Source of the DNA: a virus
Lineage: Duplodnaviria; Caudoviricetes
Strand: one strand, 5' to 3'
Length of the DNA: 64,000 bases
Virus record (IMG/VR): IMGVR_UViG_3300009826_000020
Coordinates: 19,019-83,018 of that record
Position 1 is the first letter of the stretch, and each line of letters starts with the position of its first letter. The notes under the pieces are model-generated. The model saw nothing but the letters and a program-made list of their open reading frames with translations. It made no database searches and had not been told where the DNA came from. Below are positions 47,183 to 56,590 of the stretch, piece after piece. The position numbers were made by a program, and so were the translations under genes.

Positions 47183-50100
47183 CTACCCCGGTGTCTATGC
47201 GGCCAAGGTCGTTTCTATTGATGATCCCAATCGTCAAGACCGCATCCAGATGTTCATACCCCAGGTCTATGGCACCACGCCGGTACGGATCTGGGCACCG
47301 CCGCTCATCAAGGTGGATGCTCCTCCCGTGGTGGGCAGCGTGGTCTGGTGCATATTCCAGGGTGGTGATCCCTCGTACCCCACCTATCTGCCCACAGTGC
47401 CGCTCGGGAGTGGTGGTGGCGGGGGAGGAGAGGGCGCTCAGGGACCACAGGGTGACCCCGGGGTCTCGATCTCTGTACAGGGTGAGGTGGAAGACCTCTC
47501 GGAATTGCCTGTCATTGGTGAGCCTGGTGAGGCCTGGCTATATGAGGGGACTATATGGGTCTGGTCCCAGTCCCGAGGAGAGTGGATCTTCGGTGGCAAT
47601 ATTCGAGGCCACCAGGGTTGGGATGGGGAGCAGGGTGAGCAGGGCTTCCAGGGATACCAAGGGCTACAAGGATGGCAAGGCCAGCAGGGTTTTCAAGGAA
47701 CTCAGGGGTACCAAGGTGGGCAGGGGTACCAAGGGTGGCAAGGTGCCCCCTCGACCCAAGCCGGTCCCCAAGGTGATCAAGGCCACCAGGGTACGCAGGG
47801 TCCTGAGGTCAGCATCACCTGGTGGGGATTAGGTGGAACCCCAGGTGCCCAGGGCGCTCAGGGCGCTCAAGGTACAGCCGGTTCCGGCATCATTATCCGG
47901 GGTAGCTTTACTAACCCCAACCAATTGCCTTCGACTGCTGATACCAACGAAGCGTATTTAATCGATGGCAATGTTTGGGTTTGGACCCCTGGAGCACCAG
48001 GTCCACCTCCCAATTGGGTGAATGCGGGTCGGATCGAGGGACCACAAGGTGGCGTAGGTCCCCAGGGTTCTCAGGGTAATGTCGGAGTCCAGGGTGGGCC
48101 TGGTGCTCAGGGTGGGCTTGGTGGCCCTGGTCCTCAAGGCGAGCAGGGACAGCAGGGATTCCAGGGCGAGTCTGTCCAGGGGTCGCAGGGTGGTGCAGGC
48201 CCGCAAGGATTCACAGGATCTGGAGGACCACAAGGTTGGCAGGGGTACCAAGGCATTGCTGGTACCGGCGTAAATATCATCTCAACTCTGAACAACACCA
48301 GCCAACTCCCAGCAACTGGAGCACCAGGTGATGCCTATTTGATTGCTGGTAATCTCTGGGTCTGGACGCCGGGAGCACTGGGACCGCCCCCTAATTGGTC
48401 GAACGTGGGGAATATCCAGGGGCCTGTAGGAAATACCGGTGTCCAAGGCTCAGCGGGTGATCAAGGATTCCAAGGTCGCCAAGGTGAGCAGGGCCGTCAG
48501 GGATTTCAAGGTGGGCAGGGGTATCAAGGGCAGCAAGGATTTCAAGGTTGGCAGGGTTGGCAGGGAGTACAGGGGTCCGCATCGAATCAACCCGGCCCAC
48601 AGGGATGGCAAGGATGGCAGGGATTCCAAGGCCGTGAAGGTCCCGAGAGGGACATTACCTGGTGGGGACTGGGTGGCACTCCTGGTGCCCAAGGTGCCCA
48701 AGGTGCTCAGGGGGTAGCAGGATCCGGCATCATCATCAAGGGCAGTCTTGCCAATACAGGCTTATTGCCCTCTACTGCCACTACCAATGACTCCTATTTA
48801 ATCGGCGGTAACCTCTGGGTTTGGTCGCCAGGTGCGCCCGGTCCTCCAGCGAACTGGTCGAATGTTGGCAATATACAGGGGCCAATCGGGCAGCAGGGAC
48901 TCCAGGGATTGCAGGGTTCCATCGGAGTTCAGGGTGGCCTCGGGGTTCAGGGTGGTCTTGGTGGTCCTGGTCCGCAAGGAAGTCAGGGTCAGCAAGGATT
49001 TGACGGCGTCCAGGGCTGGCAAGGTGACATTGGCTGGCAAGGTGTCCAGGGGCCAGTCGGCCAGCAGGGTTATCAGGGTCTGGCTGGGTCGGGCGTCAAT
49101 ATCATTGGCACTCTTGCCAACACAGGACTTCTGCCCCTCGCAGGAAATTCAGGTGACGCTTATCTGATCGGGGGAAACCTCTGGATTTGGACACCAGGAG
49201 CGACAGGTCCTCCACCGAACTGGTCGAATGTTGGCAGCATCCAAGGGCCTACCGGGAATACAGGGAATACCGGCCCTCAAGGTGAGCAGGGCCGACAGGG
49301 CTGGCAGGGGGGCGTGGGTGCTCAGGGAGCACAGGGGGCGAGTGTTCAAGGTGCTCAGGGCTATCAAGGTTTTCAGGGCTGGCAGGGAAATTCAGGACAG
49401 GCCGGTACTCCCGGCACCAATGGTGTCCAAGGAGCACAGGGTTTCCAAGGGGTAACCGGGTATACCTGGCGTGGTACCTACAATTACTCCACCCAATATG
49501 GTCGGGGCGATCTGGTTGAGTGGAATGGCTCGGTTTTCCTGAACATAAACCCTGTCGGGACGACTAGCACCCACATACCAGTGGTTAGCCCTGATCGTTG
49601 GCAGATGCTCGGTGGATTCACTGCTGGTGAACGAGAGGGTGACCTCAATACTGCTCCTGCCGGTGTTCATCGTGTCTATCGGTTCGAGGCCAATTCCATC
49701 CCTGTTGCCGGGAACAGAGTGGATTTTCTGTTCCACATCTCCAGCAGTGAGGCGGTAGACACAGCAAGGCAGCAGCAACTCCTGTTGTCCCAGACGGATG
49801 GGATCTGGACCCGTGAGAGGACCTCCAGTGGTTGGGGTGAATGGCGGCGGCTGGCCTTTTCCACCGAGCTTGTTCAGAGATCCTATTTCGCCACTGACGT
49901 CCCCCTTCCTGCCCATACGGGATCTCTTGGGATGGCTGCTCAGGGCTTCAAGGGTGGCCCGCCTAATGGTCGACTGACGGCAGCCGCAAACGGGAATGGC
50001 CCGAATGTCGATGGTTGGGGTCCGGTAAATCTTGTCCTGGTCAAGGACGTCGAGCCTTCTGGCACGGCAGGCGGCACGGTGCCAGGGCTTTATCGGCTCG

Positions 50101-50609
50101 TCCAATCCGGTGATGCCACCCGGCCATGGATTCTGGAATGGGTGCCTGACCAACCCTTCAATATCGAGGGCACCGTTGTTGCTGTCATGCGTGGCACCGT
50201 TAACGCTCTGTCTTTTTGGATGTGGAGTGGAGGCTTCACTGGGTCTGGTGCGAACGGTAAATGGGAGCAGATGCTCGCTGACACGGGGTCGGTCAACTTG
50301 ACCCTAAACGCCCCGTGGGCTGCTTATGGTGGCGAGTTTCGGATTCCTTTTTATCGACGCATCGGCAAGGTGGTTTATCTGGGCGGGCTGCTCAATCCCA
50401 CTGCGGCGGTAGCCGCCAACGGTGTAATAGCTACGCTCCCTGTCGGATTCCGCCCAACAGCACGGCGACTCTACGCCGCACTCTCTAATGTCGCCACATC
50501 GGGACAGGTCAGGGTGGATGTCACGTCTACCGGTGCAATTGTTATCGGTGCTGCTCTGGGGGCCGGTGCATGGACATCTCTTGATGGAATGCACTTCGAT
50601 GTCGCATAG
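47166..50609 (+). CDS. gp5/gpV-like central spike (OB fold) with long collagen-like repeats and fibre-type C-terminus
   Basis: GVYAAKVVSIDDP..DRIQMFIP...PVVGSVVWCIFQGGDPSYP; many GxQ triplets; IATLPVGFRP. Confidence 0.9.
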   Translation: MSTQPSYPGVYAAKVVSIDDPNRQDRIQMFIPQVYGTTPVRIWAPPLIKVDAPPVVGSVVWCIFQGGDPSYPTYLPTVPLGSGGGGGGEGAQGPQGDPGVSISVQGEVEDLSELPVIGEPGEAWLYEGTIWVWSQSRGEWIFGGNIRGHQGWDGEQGEQGFQGYQGLQGWQGQQGFQGTQGYQGGQGYQGWQGAPSTQAGPQGDQGHQGTQGPEVSITWWGLGGTPGAQGAQGAQGTAGSGIIIRGSFTNPNQLPSTADTNEAYLIDGNVWVWTPGAPGPPPNWVNAGRIEGPQGGVGPQGSQGNVGVQGGPGAQGGLGGPGPQGEQGQQGFQGESVQGSQGGAGPQGFTGSGGPQGWQGYQGIAGTGVNIISTLNNTSQLPATGAPGDAYLIAGNLWVWTPGALGPPPNWSNVGNIQGPVGNTGVQGSAGDQGFQGRQGEQGRQGFQGGQGYQGQQGFQGWQGWQGVQGSASNQPGPQGWQGWQGFQGREGPERDITWWGLGGTPGAQGAQGAQGVAGSGIIIKGSLANTGLLPSTATTNDSYLIGGNLWVWSPGAPGPPANWSNVGNIQGPIGQQGLQGLQGSIGVQGGLGVQGGLGGPGPQGSQGQQGFDGVQGWQGDIGWQGVQGPVGQQGYQGLAGSGVNIIGTLANTGLLPLAGNSGDAYLIGGNLWIWTPGATGPPPNWSNVGSIQGPTGNTGNTGPQGEQGRQGWQGGVGAQGAQGASVQGAQGYQGFQGWQGNSGQAGTPGTNGVQGAQGFQGVTGYTWRGTYNYSTQYGRGDLVEWNGSVFLNINPVGTTSTHIPVVSPDRWQMLGGFTAGEREGDLNTAPAGVHRVYRFEANSIPVAGNRVDFLFHISSSEAVDTARQQQLLLSQTDGIWTRERTSSGWGEWRRLAFSTELVQRSYFATDVPLPAHTGSLGMAAQGFKGGPPNGRLTAAANGNGPNVDGWGPVNLVLVKDVEPSGTAGGTVPGLYRLVQSGDATRPWILEWVPDQPFNIEGTVVAVMRGTVNALSFWMWSGGFTGSGANGKWEQMLADTGSVNLTLNAPWAAYGGEFRIPFYRRIGKVVYLGGLLNPTAAVAANGVIATLPVGFRPTARRLYAALSNVATSGQVRVDVTSTGAIVIGAALGAGAWTSLDGMHFDVA
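47815..49260 (+). repeat. two large internal repeats, each with two W-x-W..PGA.GPPPNW modules
   Basis: ITWWGLGGTPGAQGAQGAQG.AGSGIII.GS occurs at ~47815 and ~48654. Confidence 0.85.
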
Positions 50610-50618
50610 GCTAGAGCC

Positions 50619-50957
50619 ATGATCGCTGAGCCGCAGCGCCCCGAGAGGCTGCAAAATTCAGGTGATATTTACCAGGAGCTTGGCCCGAATTATTCGAGCC
50701 AGGAGCTACTGGTCACCGCCGCCCTGCGTACCGCCATGATCCCTGGTGAAGAGGTGGTGGCAGAAACCCGCCCGCCGCTTGACATCGACCCTTTCCCGCC
50801 CCGGTACGGATATCCGCCCTACGAACAGCGTCAGTCCTCTATCGAGGAGGTGCTCGACGTGAACCGCAGCTATCCCAACCGCCGCTGGGATCTCTCCGGT
50901 GGAGTGGCCGGTATCCAGACGAGCGCCCGGAACGTAGGAGTGGAGGACGTCTGGTGA
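50619..50957 (+). CDS. hypothetical protein
   Basis: TAGGCT 6 nt upstream of ATG; GTGA overlap downstream. Confidence 0.72.
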   Translation: MIAEPQRPERLQNSGDIYQELGPNYSSQELLVTAALRTAMIPGEEVVAETRPPLDIDPFPPRYGYPPYEQRQSSIEEVLDVNRSYPNRRWDLSGGVAGIQTSARNVGVEDVW

Positions 50958-51145
50958 ATTTGCCCCGATGGTGGTGGCTGGGTGACGCCCATGAAAATTG
51001 TATTGCCTTCGACGGTGAGGCGGATCGCCTTATTTGCAATCGTGAGGAGTGTGAAACGGCGGAAGGTAGTACCCTCTGTGGCCTAGTCTGGGGTGTGGAC
51101 TTCGACCAGGACGAAATTCCCGAAGAGGACAGGATAAATGGTTGA
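50954..51145 (+). CDS. hypothetical Cys-containing protein
   Basis: coupled ORF. Confidence 0.55.
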   Translation: MNLPRWWWLGDAHENCIAFDGEADRLICNREECETAEGSTLCGLVWGVDFDQDEIPEEDRING

Positions 51146-51857
51146 CATCGGCTCAATGGGGAGAATCGGCCCGAGCGGGGAGCGACCTGTCGGAGGTGTC
51201 TTCGGTGGCACTACTGGTCGTCTGCTCGGTCGGGCCATCATGGGCGGTGTAGGCCTGGCGATTAACACAGGGGTTCTCGGTGGGTATATGCACCACAAGG
51301 AGGAGAGAGACCACAATGACCAGCCGACTGCCCCCGTGAAGGGGAGTGCGGGTGGTCAGAGTGTCCGGGCGAAGACGCCCCAAGGTGGTGGCTGGCCTGC
51401 TCCTGCCCAGGCGTACCACCCCACCGTCACCCCGCCGCCCGCCCCGCCCACTGCTGAAATGAATAGGTCTCGACGTGAGGCGTTGGAGTCGCAGAGACTA
51501 CGGACACGGGAGTCGAGGGCGAAGACTGCCGAACTGCGCCAGGCTACCAAGCAGATGGAGGCCGAGCACCGATACGTGCAGGCAAAGATCGACCAGAGAA
51601 ATGCCGGTCCTGGTTCAGCGGCGAGCTATGGTGCGGGTGGGAAGAACGAAATACTGGGGCGGCAATTGCACCCTGGGCAGAAACCGCCACCTGAGGAGCC
51701 TGCACAGGCAACACCGGGGATGGGGGGCTTGGAGCGCCGCCCAGGATTGTCAGCACACAAGGAGGTATCGATGTCTGATTTTCGTGTCACTGATCCAGCG
51801 GAGAGGGAAAGAGCCTTGCATGGTAAATATCGCTACGACCCGGATGAGCTTTTCTGA
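51138..51857 (+). CDS. hypothetical low-complexity protein
   Basis: GAGGA RBS; tight junctions. Confidence 0.65.
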   Translation: MVDIGSMGRIGPSGERPVGGVFGGTTGRLLGRAIMGGVGLAINTGVLGGYMHHKEERDHNDQPTAPVKGSAGGQSVRAKTPQGGGWPAPAQAYHPTVTPPPAPPTAEMNRSRREALESQRLRTRESRAKTAELRQATKQMEAEHRYVQAKIDQRNAGPGSAASYGAGGKNEILGRQLHPGQKPPPEEPAQATPGMGGLERRPGLSAHKEVSMSDFRVTDPAERERALHGKYRYDPDELF

Positions 51858-52084
51858 TGGCCGTCGTACGTGATCGTTCCATGAACGCCGAATTGATCGA
51901 GGGCATGTGTGACGGCACCTATAAGCGTCACCACATGAACGTGTCCAACTACCCCGACGCCGACCGGCGAATGAACTGGGCCGACCGGAAGAATCTCAAT
52001 CGGGGAGCTAACGGATTTGGGATATTTGAGGCTGGCCCTGACGGTGGGGAGAAAAGGACCAGCGACGGCAGGTTCGCCATTTAA
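51857..52084 (+). CDS. hypothetical protein
   Basis: TGATG and TAATG overlaps. Confidence 0.7.
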   Translation: MAVVRDRSMNAELIEGMCDGTYKRHHMNVSNYPDADRRMNWADRKNLNRGANGFGIFEAGPDGGEKRTSDGRFAI

Positions 52085-52590
52085 TGCCTCGTCTTCTCGT
52101 CTGCCGTGAATGCAAGACCATCGAGACACTCCCGCTCTTCGACGGTCCCAAAGAGCTAGAGGCCCAGGATCCTGTATTGGGTCAGGTTGTGGCCCGCCAC
52201 GTCCAGAAACACGGTGACGTCAAGATGGATTCAGCGGCTCTGCTGGTGGCGTCAGAGGACGCCTGCTCCTGCCCCAAGGAGAAATTGCTTGGCTTCCATA
52301 CCTTTTGGGAGGGGCACCGGGACGACGTCTTAAAGGGCTTGCAGGAGCGCTGGACAGGTTTCCACCCAGAGTTCTACGCCACCCATGACACGTACAAAGA
52401 GGACGCCCTGCGTTGCTATAGCCGCCACAACCGGCCCAAAGGTGCCGATTGCATCGACTACCACGATGACTCCAAGCGGGTGACACCGAGCACCTGGAAG
52501 GGTCGAGAGGTCTGGCTGTGCGAATTCTGTCCTGTAAATTCCGCCGTGGAGACGGCCAAAAATCTCAAGGCCCATGCCTATGACGACTAA
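52084..52590 (+). CDS. Zn-binding hypothetical protein
   Basis: CRECKT...CYSRH..C...CEFCP. Confidence 0.78.
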   Translation: MPRLLVCRECKTIETLPLFDGPKELEAQDPVLGQVVARHVQKHGDVKMDSAALLVASEDACSCPKEKLLGFHTFWEGHRDDVLKGLQERWTGFHPEFYATHDTYKEDALRCYSRHNRPKGADCIDYHDDSKRVTPSTWKGREVWLCEFCPVNSAVETAKNLKAHAYDD

Positions 52591-52798
52591 GCATTCCGGC
52601 TCACCCTTCTCCTGTCCAGTGTGCAAGCCCTTGAACGATGCCCAAAAATCCGCCAAGGCTGAATGGGATAGGGTAAATACCATGGGGTCAAATATCCGTC
52701 GAGGTAGTAAGAAGCGTGACGAGCTTCACTTCCGCTCGGCCCAGGCTGGGCGGGCCTACGTGGAGGCACGGGCTGAGCATTCAAGGCAGGTCAAATGA
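52580..52798 (+). CDS. hypothetical protein (CxxC)
   Basis: CPVCK; ATGA overlap downstream. Confidence 0.6.
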   Translation: MTTKHSGSPFSCPVCKPLNDAQKSAKAEWDRVNTMGSNIRRGSKKRDELHFRSAQAGRAYVEARAEHSRQVK

Positions 52799-53073
52799 CG
52801 ACTAACGGAGATCACGAAGAGAATCCGCCCGGAGAAGTCGTTTGCCTATTCCTTGTTGTGGTGCAGCCGGATGGATCCAGCCGGGTGGTGCTCAACCAGG
52901 AGGAGCGGTTCATCGCTCAGAGATTGGCGACCCCGAAGGATGTTTTTCCGGCCTTATCTAATTGCCTGGCTGACTTCCAGGGGATGAAGACCGCTGAGGC
53001 CCTGATGTCCTTCCAATTGGCGATGCAGCAACAGGCTGCTCAACAGCAGCCTGTTACTGAGCGTGATGGCTAG
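52795..53073 (+). CDS. hypothetical protein
   Basis: coupled ORF, Gln-rich C-terminus. Confidence 0.7.
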   Translation: MTTNGDHEENPPGEVVCLFLVVVQPDGSSRVVLNQEERFIAQRLATPKDVFPALSNCLADFQGMKTAEALMSFQLAMQQQAAQQQPVTERDG

Positions 53074-53150
53074 TCGGGCAGGGTTGGGGCGGCAGAGGGC
53101 GTTGGGGGTAGGGACGGGTCGGCTTGTCGATTTTCGGTGAGAATATCGTA

Positions 53151-53348
53151 CTAGCCTTGGGCTGTCCAGCCTGGTGCAAATTCATACGCATCTTGTAGCT
53201 CGACCTCCTGGCTGTGATCATGCCCACAGACCCAGGTGCCCCAGTGATCCTGGTAGCAGGGTGGCTCGGGGGATTCCTCGGCCACAACGAATTTGCGCCC
53301 TGACTCCCAGAGTTGCCAGGGGGTGAGGACGCCTTTCTGTGTGGTCAT
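53151..53348 (-). CDS. hypothetical protein
   Basis: AAGGA RBS; C..HWG.WVCGH.H. Confidence 0.55.
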   Translation of the reverse strand: MTTQKGVLTPWQLWESGRKFVVAEESPEPPCYQDHWGTWVCGHDHSQEVELQDAYEFAPGWTAQG

Positions 53349-53430
53349 ATCTCAATCCTTGCGGTAGTATGGGCAGTATGGGTAAACCTGCCGTCCAAGT
53401 GGGGGATGTTTACGGGCGCTGGACTGTTAA

Positions 53431-54675
53431 TTAGATTTCTACCCGACCTCCCTGTCGAGGCATCGGTTCCTTCAATGCAATCAGGTTGGCAGTCACGTAG
53501 CTGATCTGGTGCTGTTCATGCCATGCCGAGGGATAGCCGGAGAAGAGGCGTGACACCTGGAAATGGCACTTCAGATCAGGGACGTATTTCTGCATGCTGG
53601 CCTGGGTGTAATACCAGAAGGAATTCTCGTTGTAGAAGGCGACGTGCGTCGGGTCCTGAAAAGCGCCCCGACCATCTGTTGATGGGGTCAGGCTGAGCAG
53701 CATTCCGCCCGGTGCCAGGAGTCGGTAGATCTCGTTGATCAGCCCGACCTTGTCGGCAATATGCTCTAGAAAATCGCACGCTCTGATAACCCCAACTGAA
53801 CTATCTGGTAGATCTATCGGCTTCGGTAGCTCGGCTACGATGTCGACGCCCGGTCCCTCTCGCTGATCCACGCCGATATATCCCTCGACCTGGTTGTGAG
53901 CCGCCCCGAAATCCAGGGCAATCAAGCCCTCTCTTTTACACCACGAGAGTACGTTGGGCTGGATGTAGTAGTCGTAGAGCTTCACCGTTTCGGCCTGAAT
54001 ATCTGCATTGCGCTGGGTCTGGGTATTCTGCCCGTGGACACGTTGCAGATAAAGGCACTTGTGGATGGGGACAAACGGCCCGACCTGGTACAGCCTGCAC
54101 ATGAGGTCTTGGTCATCGCAGATGTACCGGGCCGGGTCGTACCCCCCTGCTGTGTCATACGCCAAGTGGGAAATACCCTTGACGTGGTTCGGAGCGTACC
54201 AGATATAGCTGACGTTGTGCGGCGTCGGTTCCATCGACCTGAAGGGCATGACCGCCCGCCCGTCGACCGTGTCCTCGTAATACTCCCAGCCGTGCGAGGT
54301 GTCGAACTTCGAGGTGTCCTTCTTCCCGCCAGCGGTGATCTGGGCCGTCTCCGAGTACACCATTGAGGCCCCGGGGTGGATGTCGAAGGCTCGCCCGATT
54401 TCCTCCAGGCAGGTGGAGGCCAGGATGTCATCGTGGTCGAGTTCGACCAGGATCTCCCCGTGGCAACAGGCGCAGGCCCGCTCCTTGGCTGCGCCTACAC
54501 CGTTGAGCGCCGCCGTGGTGACCCAGACACGGGGATCGTCGGGTGGATTCCATTTTGCGCCACCGTTGAGCACCACAACCCATTCAAAGTCCTGCACTGT
54601 CTGTTTTCGGAGAGACTCCCAGCACTCATTCAGCCATCGTGGGTCATGGCTCGGGGTATATACCGAAAATCTCAA
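53431..54675 (-). CDS. GT2 glycosyltransferase fused to class I SAM methyltransferase
   Basis: FSVYTP...FEWVVV...ELDHDD (DxD), DDQDL; LDFGAA...VD...DFLEH...EIYRLLAPGG..DPTH. Confidence 0.9.
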   Translation of the reverse strand: MRFSVYTPSHDPRWLNECWESLRKQTVQDFEWVVVLNGGAKWNPPDDPRVWVTTAALNGVGAAKERACACCHGEILVELDHDDILASTCLEEIGRAFDIHPGASMVYSETAQITAGGKKDTSKFDTSHGWEYYEDTVDGRAVMPFRSMEPTPHNVSYIWYAPNHVKGISHLAYDTAGGYDPARYICDDQDLMCRLYQVGPFVPIHKCLYLQRVHGQNTQTQRNADIQAETVKLYDYYIQPNVLSWCKREGLIALDFGAAHNQVEGYIGVDQREGPGVDIVAELPKPIDLPDSSVGVIRACDFLEHIADKVGLINEIYRLLAPGGMLLSLTPSTDGRGAFQDPTHVAFYNENSFWYYTQASMQKYVPDLKCHFQVSRLFSGYPSAWHEQHQISYVTANLIALKEPMPRQGGRVEI

Positions 54676-55046
54676 CCCTGCGTGCCCTGGGTGCCCTGCG
54701 TCCCCTGGCCACCTTCGCCACCGCTATCCCCGCCACCACTGACGGCCTCTTGCAAAATGGTGATGAGAGCGTTGATTTTCTCGCCCTCGGCGGCAATAGC
54801 TGTGGTGGCTGTTTCCTCTCTGACATCAAGGTCGGTGTCTGGCCAGGTGGCTGGGAGAGGAGCGTCGGTCCCATCGTGGGGAGAAGAGGCCCAGAGGGTA
54901 TCGCTCACGATGTTGTATTCGCCCCCGGGACGGGGCTTGGTGAACATGGTATGCGCCAGAGGATTCGCCGGGAGTTCCATTTCGTTGATCTGGTACGGAG
55001 CGACCCACTCATTCGGGGGTAGCAGGAATTCCTCGGGCAGGCTCAT
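54672..55046 (-). CDS. hypothetical protein
   Basis: ATGA overlaps; INEMELPANP; ends in GTQG repeats. Confidence 0.68.
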   Translation of the reverse strand: MSLPEEFLLPPNEWVAPYQINEMELPANPLAHTMFTKPRPGGEYNIVSDTLWASSPHDGTDAPLPATWPDTDLDVREETATTAIAAEGEKINALITILQEAVSGGGDSGGEGGQGTQGTQGTQG

Positions 55047-55390
55047 CGCTTCACAGCCTCCATCTGCTCCTCGGCCACCTTGTGGGCCTCTTCGAGCTTC
55101 TTCGCCTCGGCCTCGATTGCCTTACCGGCCTGCTCCTTGCGCTTGTCGGACATGGGAGCTTCCTCGCTCAATTCGACATGGCCGAGGTAGTGGAGTGCGG
55201 CAGCCGGATTCGCCGGGAGTTCGAGAGGATTGATGACCTGCTTGTACGGGTCCTGGTATTTTTCCTCTTCTTTTTTCTCCTCTTTTTTGGCAGCCCTTGC
55301 AGGAGCATGGCTTTCGGCCTGATGCTCCTCTCGGTGTTCCCGGTGCTGGCGTTGATGTGGCTGGTGTTCCGGCTGAGAGGTTTCAGACAT
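55043..55390 (-). CDS. hypothetical charged protein
   Basis: INPLELPANP; His/Glu/Lys-rich. Confidence 0.68.
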   Translation of the reverse strand: MSETSQPEHQPHQRQHREHREEHQAESHAPARAAKKEEKKEEEKYQDPYKQVINPLELPANPAAALHYLGHVELSEEAPMSDKRKEQAGKAIEAEAKKLEEAHKVAEEQMEAVKR

Positions 55391-55429
55391 GACTCAAGTC
55401 TTGTCTATGACCTCACTAGGCTTCGTGGC

Positions 55430-55705
55430 ATGCTCTTTTATCTGTGCATTTTTGCCATGACCAAATTGTGCGGGCCGCTCCTCGCCGGGGCAGGGGAGGC
55501 GGCGGGAGGGGAAGCTGCAGCCGGTGCTGCTGGCGGTGCAGCCGAGGGTGGTGCTGCGAGTGGCCTGGGTAGCAAGATGTGGAGTCAGGCGGGGTCCTCG
55601 GGTGGGCAGTTGGTCCAGAGTGCAGCCCACGGCATTGCCGGAGCCATCGGGACCGGCCCGAACTACGAGCAGGTCAACATCGGTTCAATCAGCCACGCCA
55701 CCTGA
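55430..55705 (+). CDS. Gly/Ala-rich hypothetical protein (start 55430 or 55457)
   Basis: TAGGCT 7 nt before ATG 55430; followed by a hairpin. Confidence 0.6.
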   Translation: MLFYLCIFAMTKLCGPLLAGAGEAAGGEAAAGAAGGAAEGGAASGLGSKMWSQAGSSGGQLVQSAAHGIAGAIGTGPNYEQVNIGSISHAT

Positions 55706-55714
55706 GAAACGACA

Positions 55715-55740
55715 AGGCCCCCCAACGGGCTGGGGGGCCT
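55715..55740. terminator. hairpin at convergent gene ends
   Basis: perfect 10-bp stem AGGCCCCCCA/TGGGGGGCCT with 6-nt loop. Confidence 0.65.
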
Positions 55741-55788
55741 CATCTATGGCTACCAATGGCGCTACCAAACACCAAAGGAGAGACGACC

Positions 55789-56109
55789 TCAAGGGTCACC
55801 CGTCAGTATACCGGTCAGGACGCCTTGAGCAAGTCCCGGGGTGATGCCCCGCCGGGTCAGGCTGCCCCGTATGGCCTGGTAGGGGTGCCAGTTCATGGAA
55901 CGGGCGATCTCAGGCGTGCTGAGTCCCTGCAGGAAAAGTTCCACCGACACCTCGTCTCGGATCTGCACGTCCGACTCTGGCCACTTCGCCATGGGGGTGT
56001 CGGCGCACTCGATGCTGCACCAGGATCGGGCCGGTCGGTCATAGGCCTTGCGGAGGCCCAGAAATATCCCGCAGGACCGGCAACGTATTTCGATGAGGTC
56101 AGGATCCAT
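55789..56109 (-). CDS. Zn-finger + HTH protein
   Basis: CRSCG...WCSIEC; GLSTPEIARSM...IRGSLTRRG. Confidence 0.7.
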   Translation of the reverse strand: MDPDLIEIRCRSCGIFLGLRKAYDRPARSWCSIECADTPMAKWPESDVQIRDEVSVELFLQGLSTPEIARSMNWHPYQAIRGSLTRRGITPGLAQGVLTGILTGDP

Positions 56110-56392
56110 GGGACGGGTGCCTCTCTCTTGATTTAGCCAGGGCATTTTTCTTCACCACGTAGTCGATGGCGCAGACATAGCAATAGAACCGTGGCCCAGG
56201 AGCGTCGTCGTCCGAGCATTCGACGGCGACCTCAGCCCCATTCTGGCATTCACCCTCGGGCCGGTAACCGAAGGGCAGGGTGCCCTTGATGACGAGGGTC
56301 TGTTGCTGGTGGACGCTCAGTCCGTTCCAGCAGGGGAGTCCGAACCAGCTATCCCGCACGTAGTTTTCATCCTGGTCATAGAGTCTGGCCAT
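56099..56392 (-). CDS. Cys-containing hypothetical protein
   Basis: C...C...PRFYCYVCA; coupled. Confidence 0.65.
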   Translation of the reverse strand: MARLYDQDENYVRDSWFGLPCWNGLSVHQQQTLVIKGTLPFGYRPEGECQNGAEVAVECSDDDAPGPRFYCYVCAIDYVVKKNALAKSRERHPSHGS

Positions 56393-56589
56393 TAGCTCAC
56401 CTTCCTCAGTGCCGAGATCACGTCATCGATGTAGCTGATGGGGAAAACCGCCCCCGACATGTTTTCGCCCCCGGGTAGAAGATTGATCCCGACCCTGATG
56501 AGATCCTCATGTACGCCGGTATGGATCTTGGTGACCCTCACCTCCCGGTTGTCTCCAAGGGGCACTCGGCTCACGATCTTTGAGTCCAT
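56392..56589 (-). CDS. small protein, possibly PC4-like
   Basis: GGAG RBS; beta-beta-beta-alpha pattern (inference). Confidence 0.55.
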   Translation of the reverse strand: MDSKIVSRVPLGDNREVRVTKIHTGVHEDLIRVGINLLPGGENMSGAVFPISYIDDVISALRKVS

Positions 56590-56590
56590 T

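Noticed and set aside
53380-53420. GTAAAC...GTTTAC inverted repeat downstream of the GT gene
   Set aside because: Only 6 bp with a long loop; not distinguishable from chance
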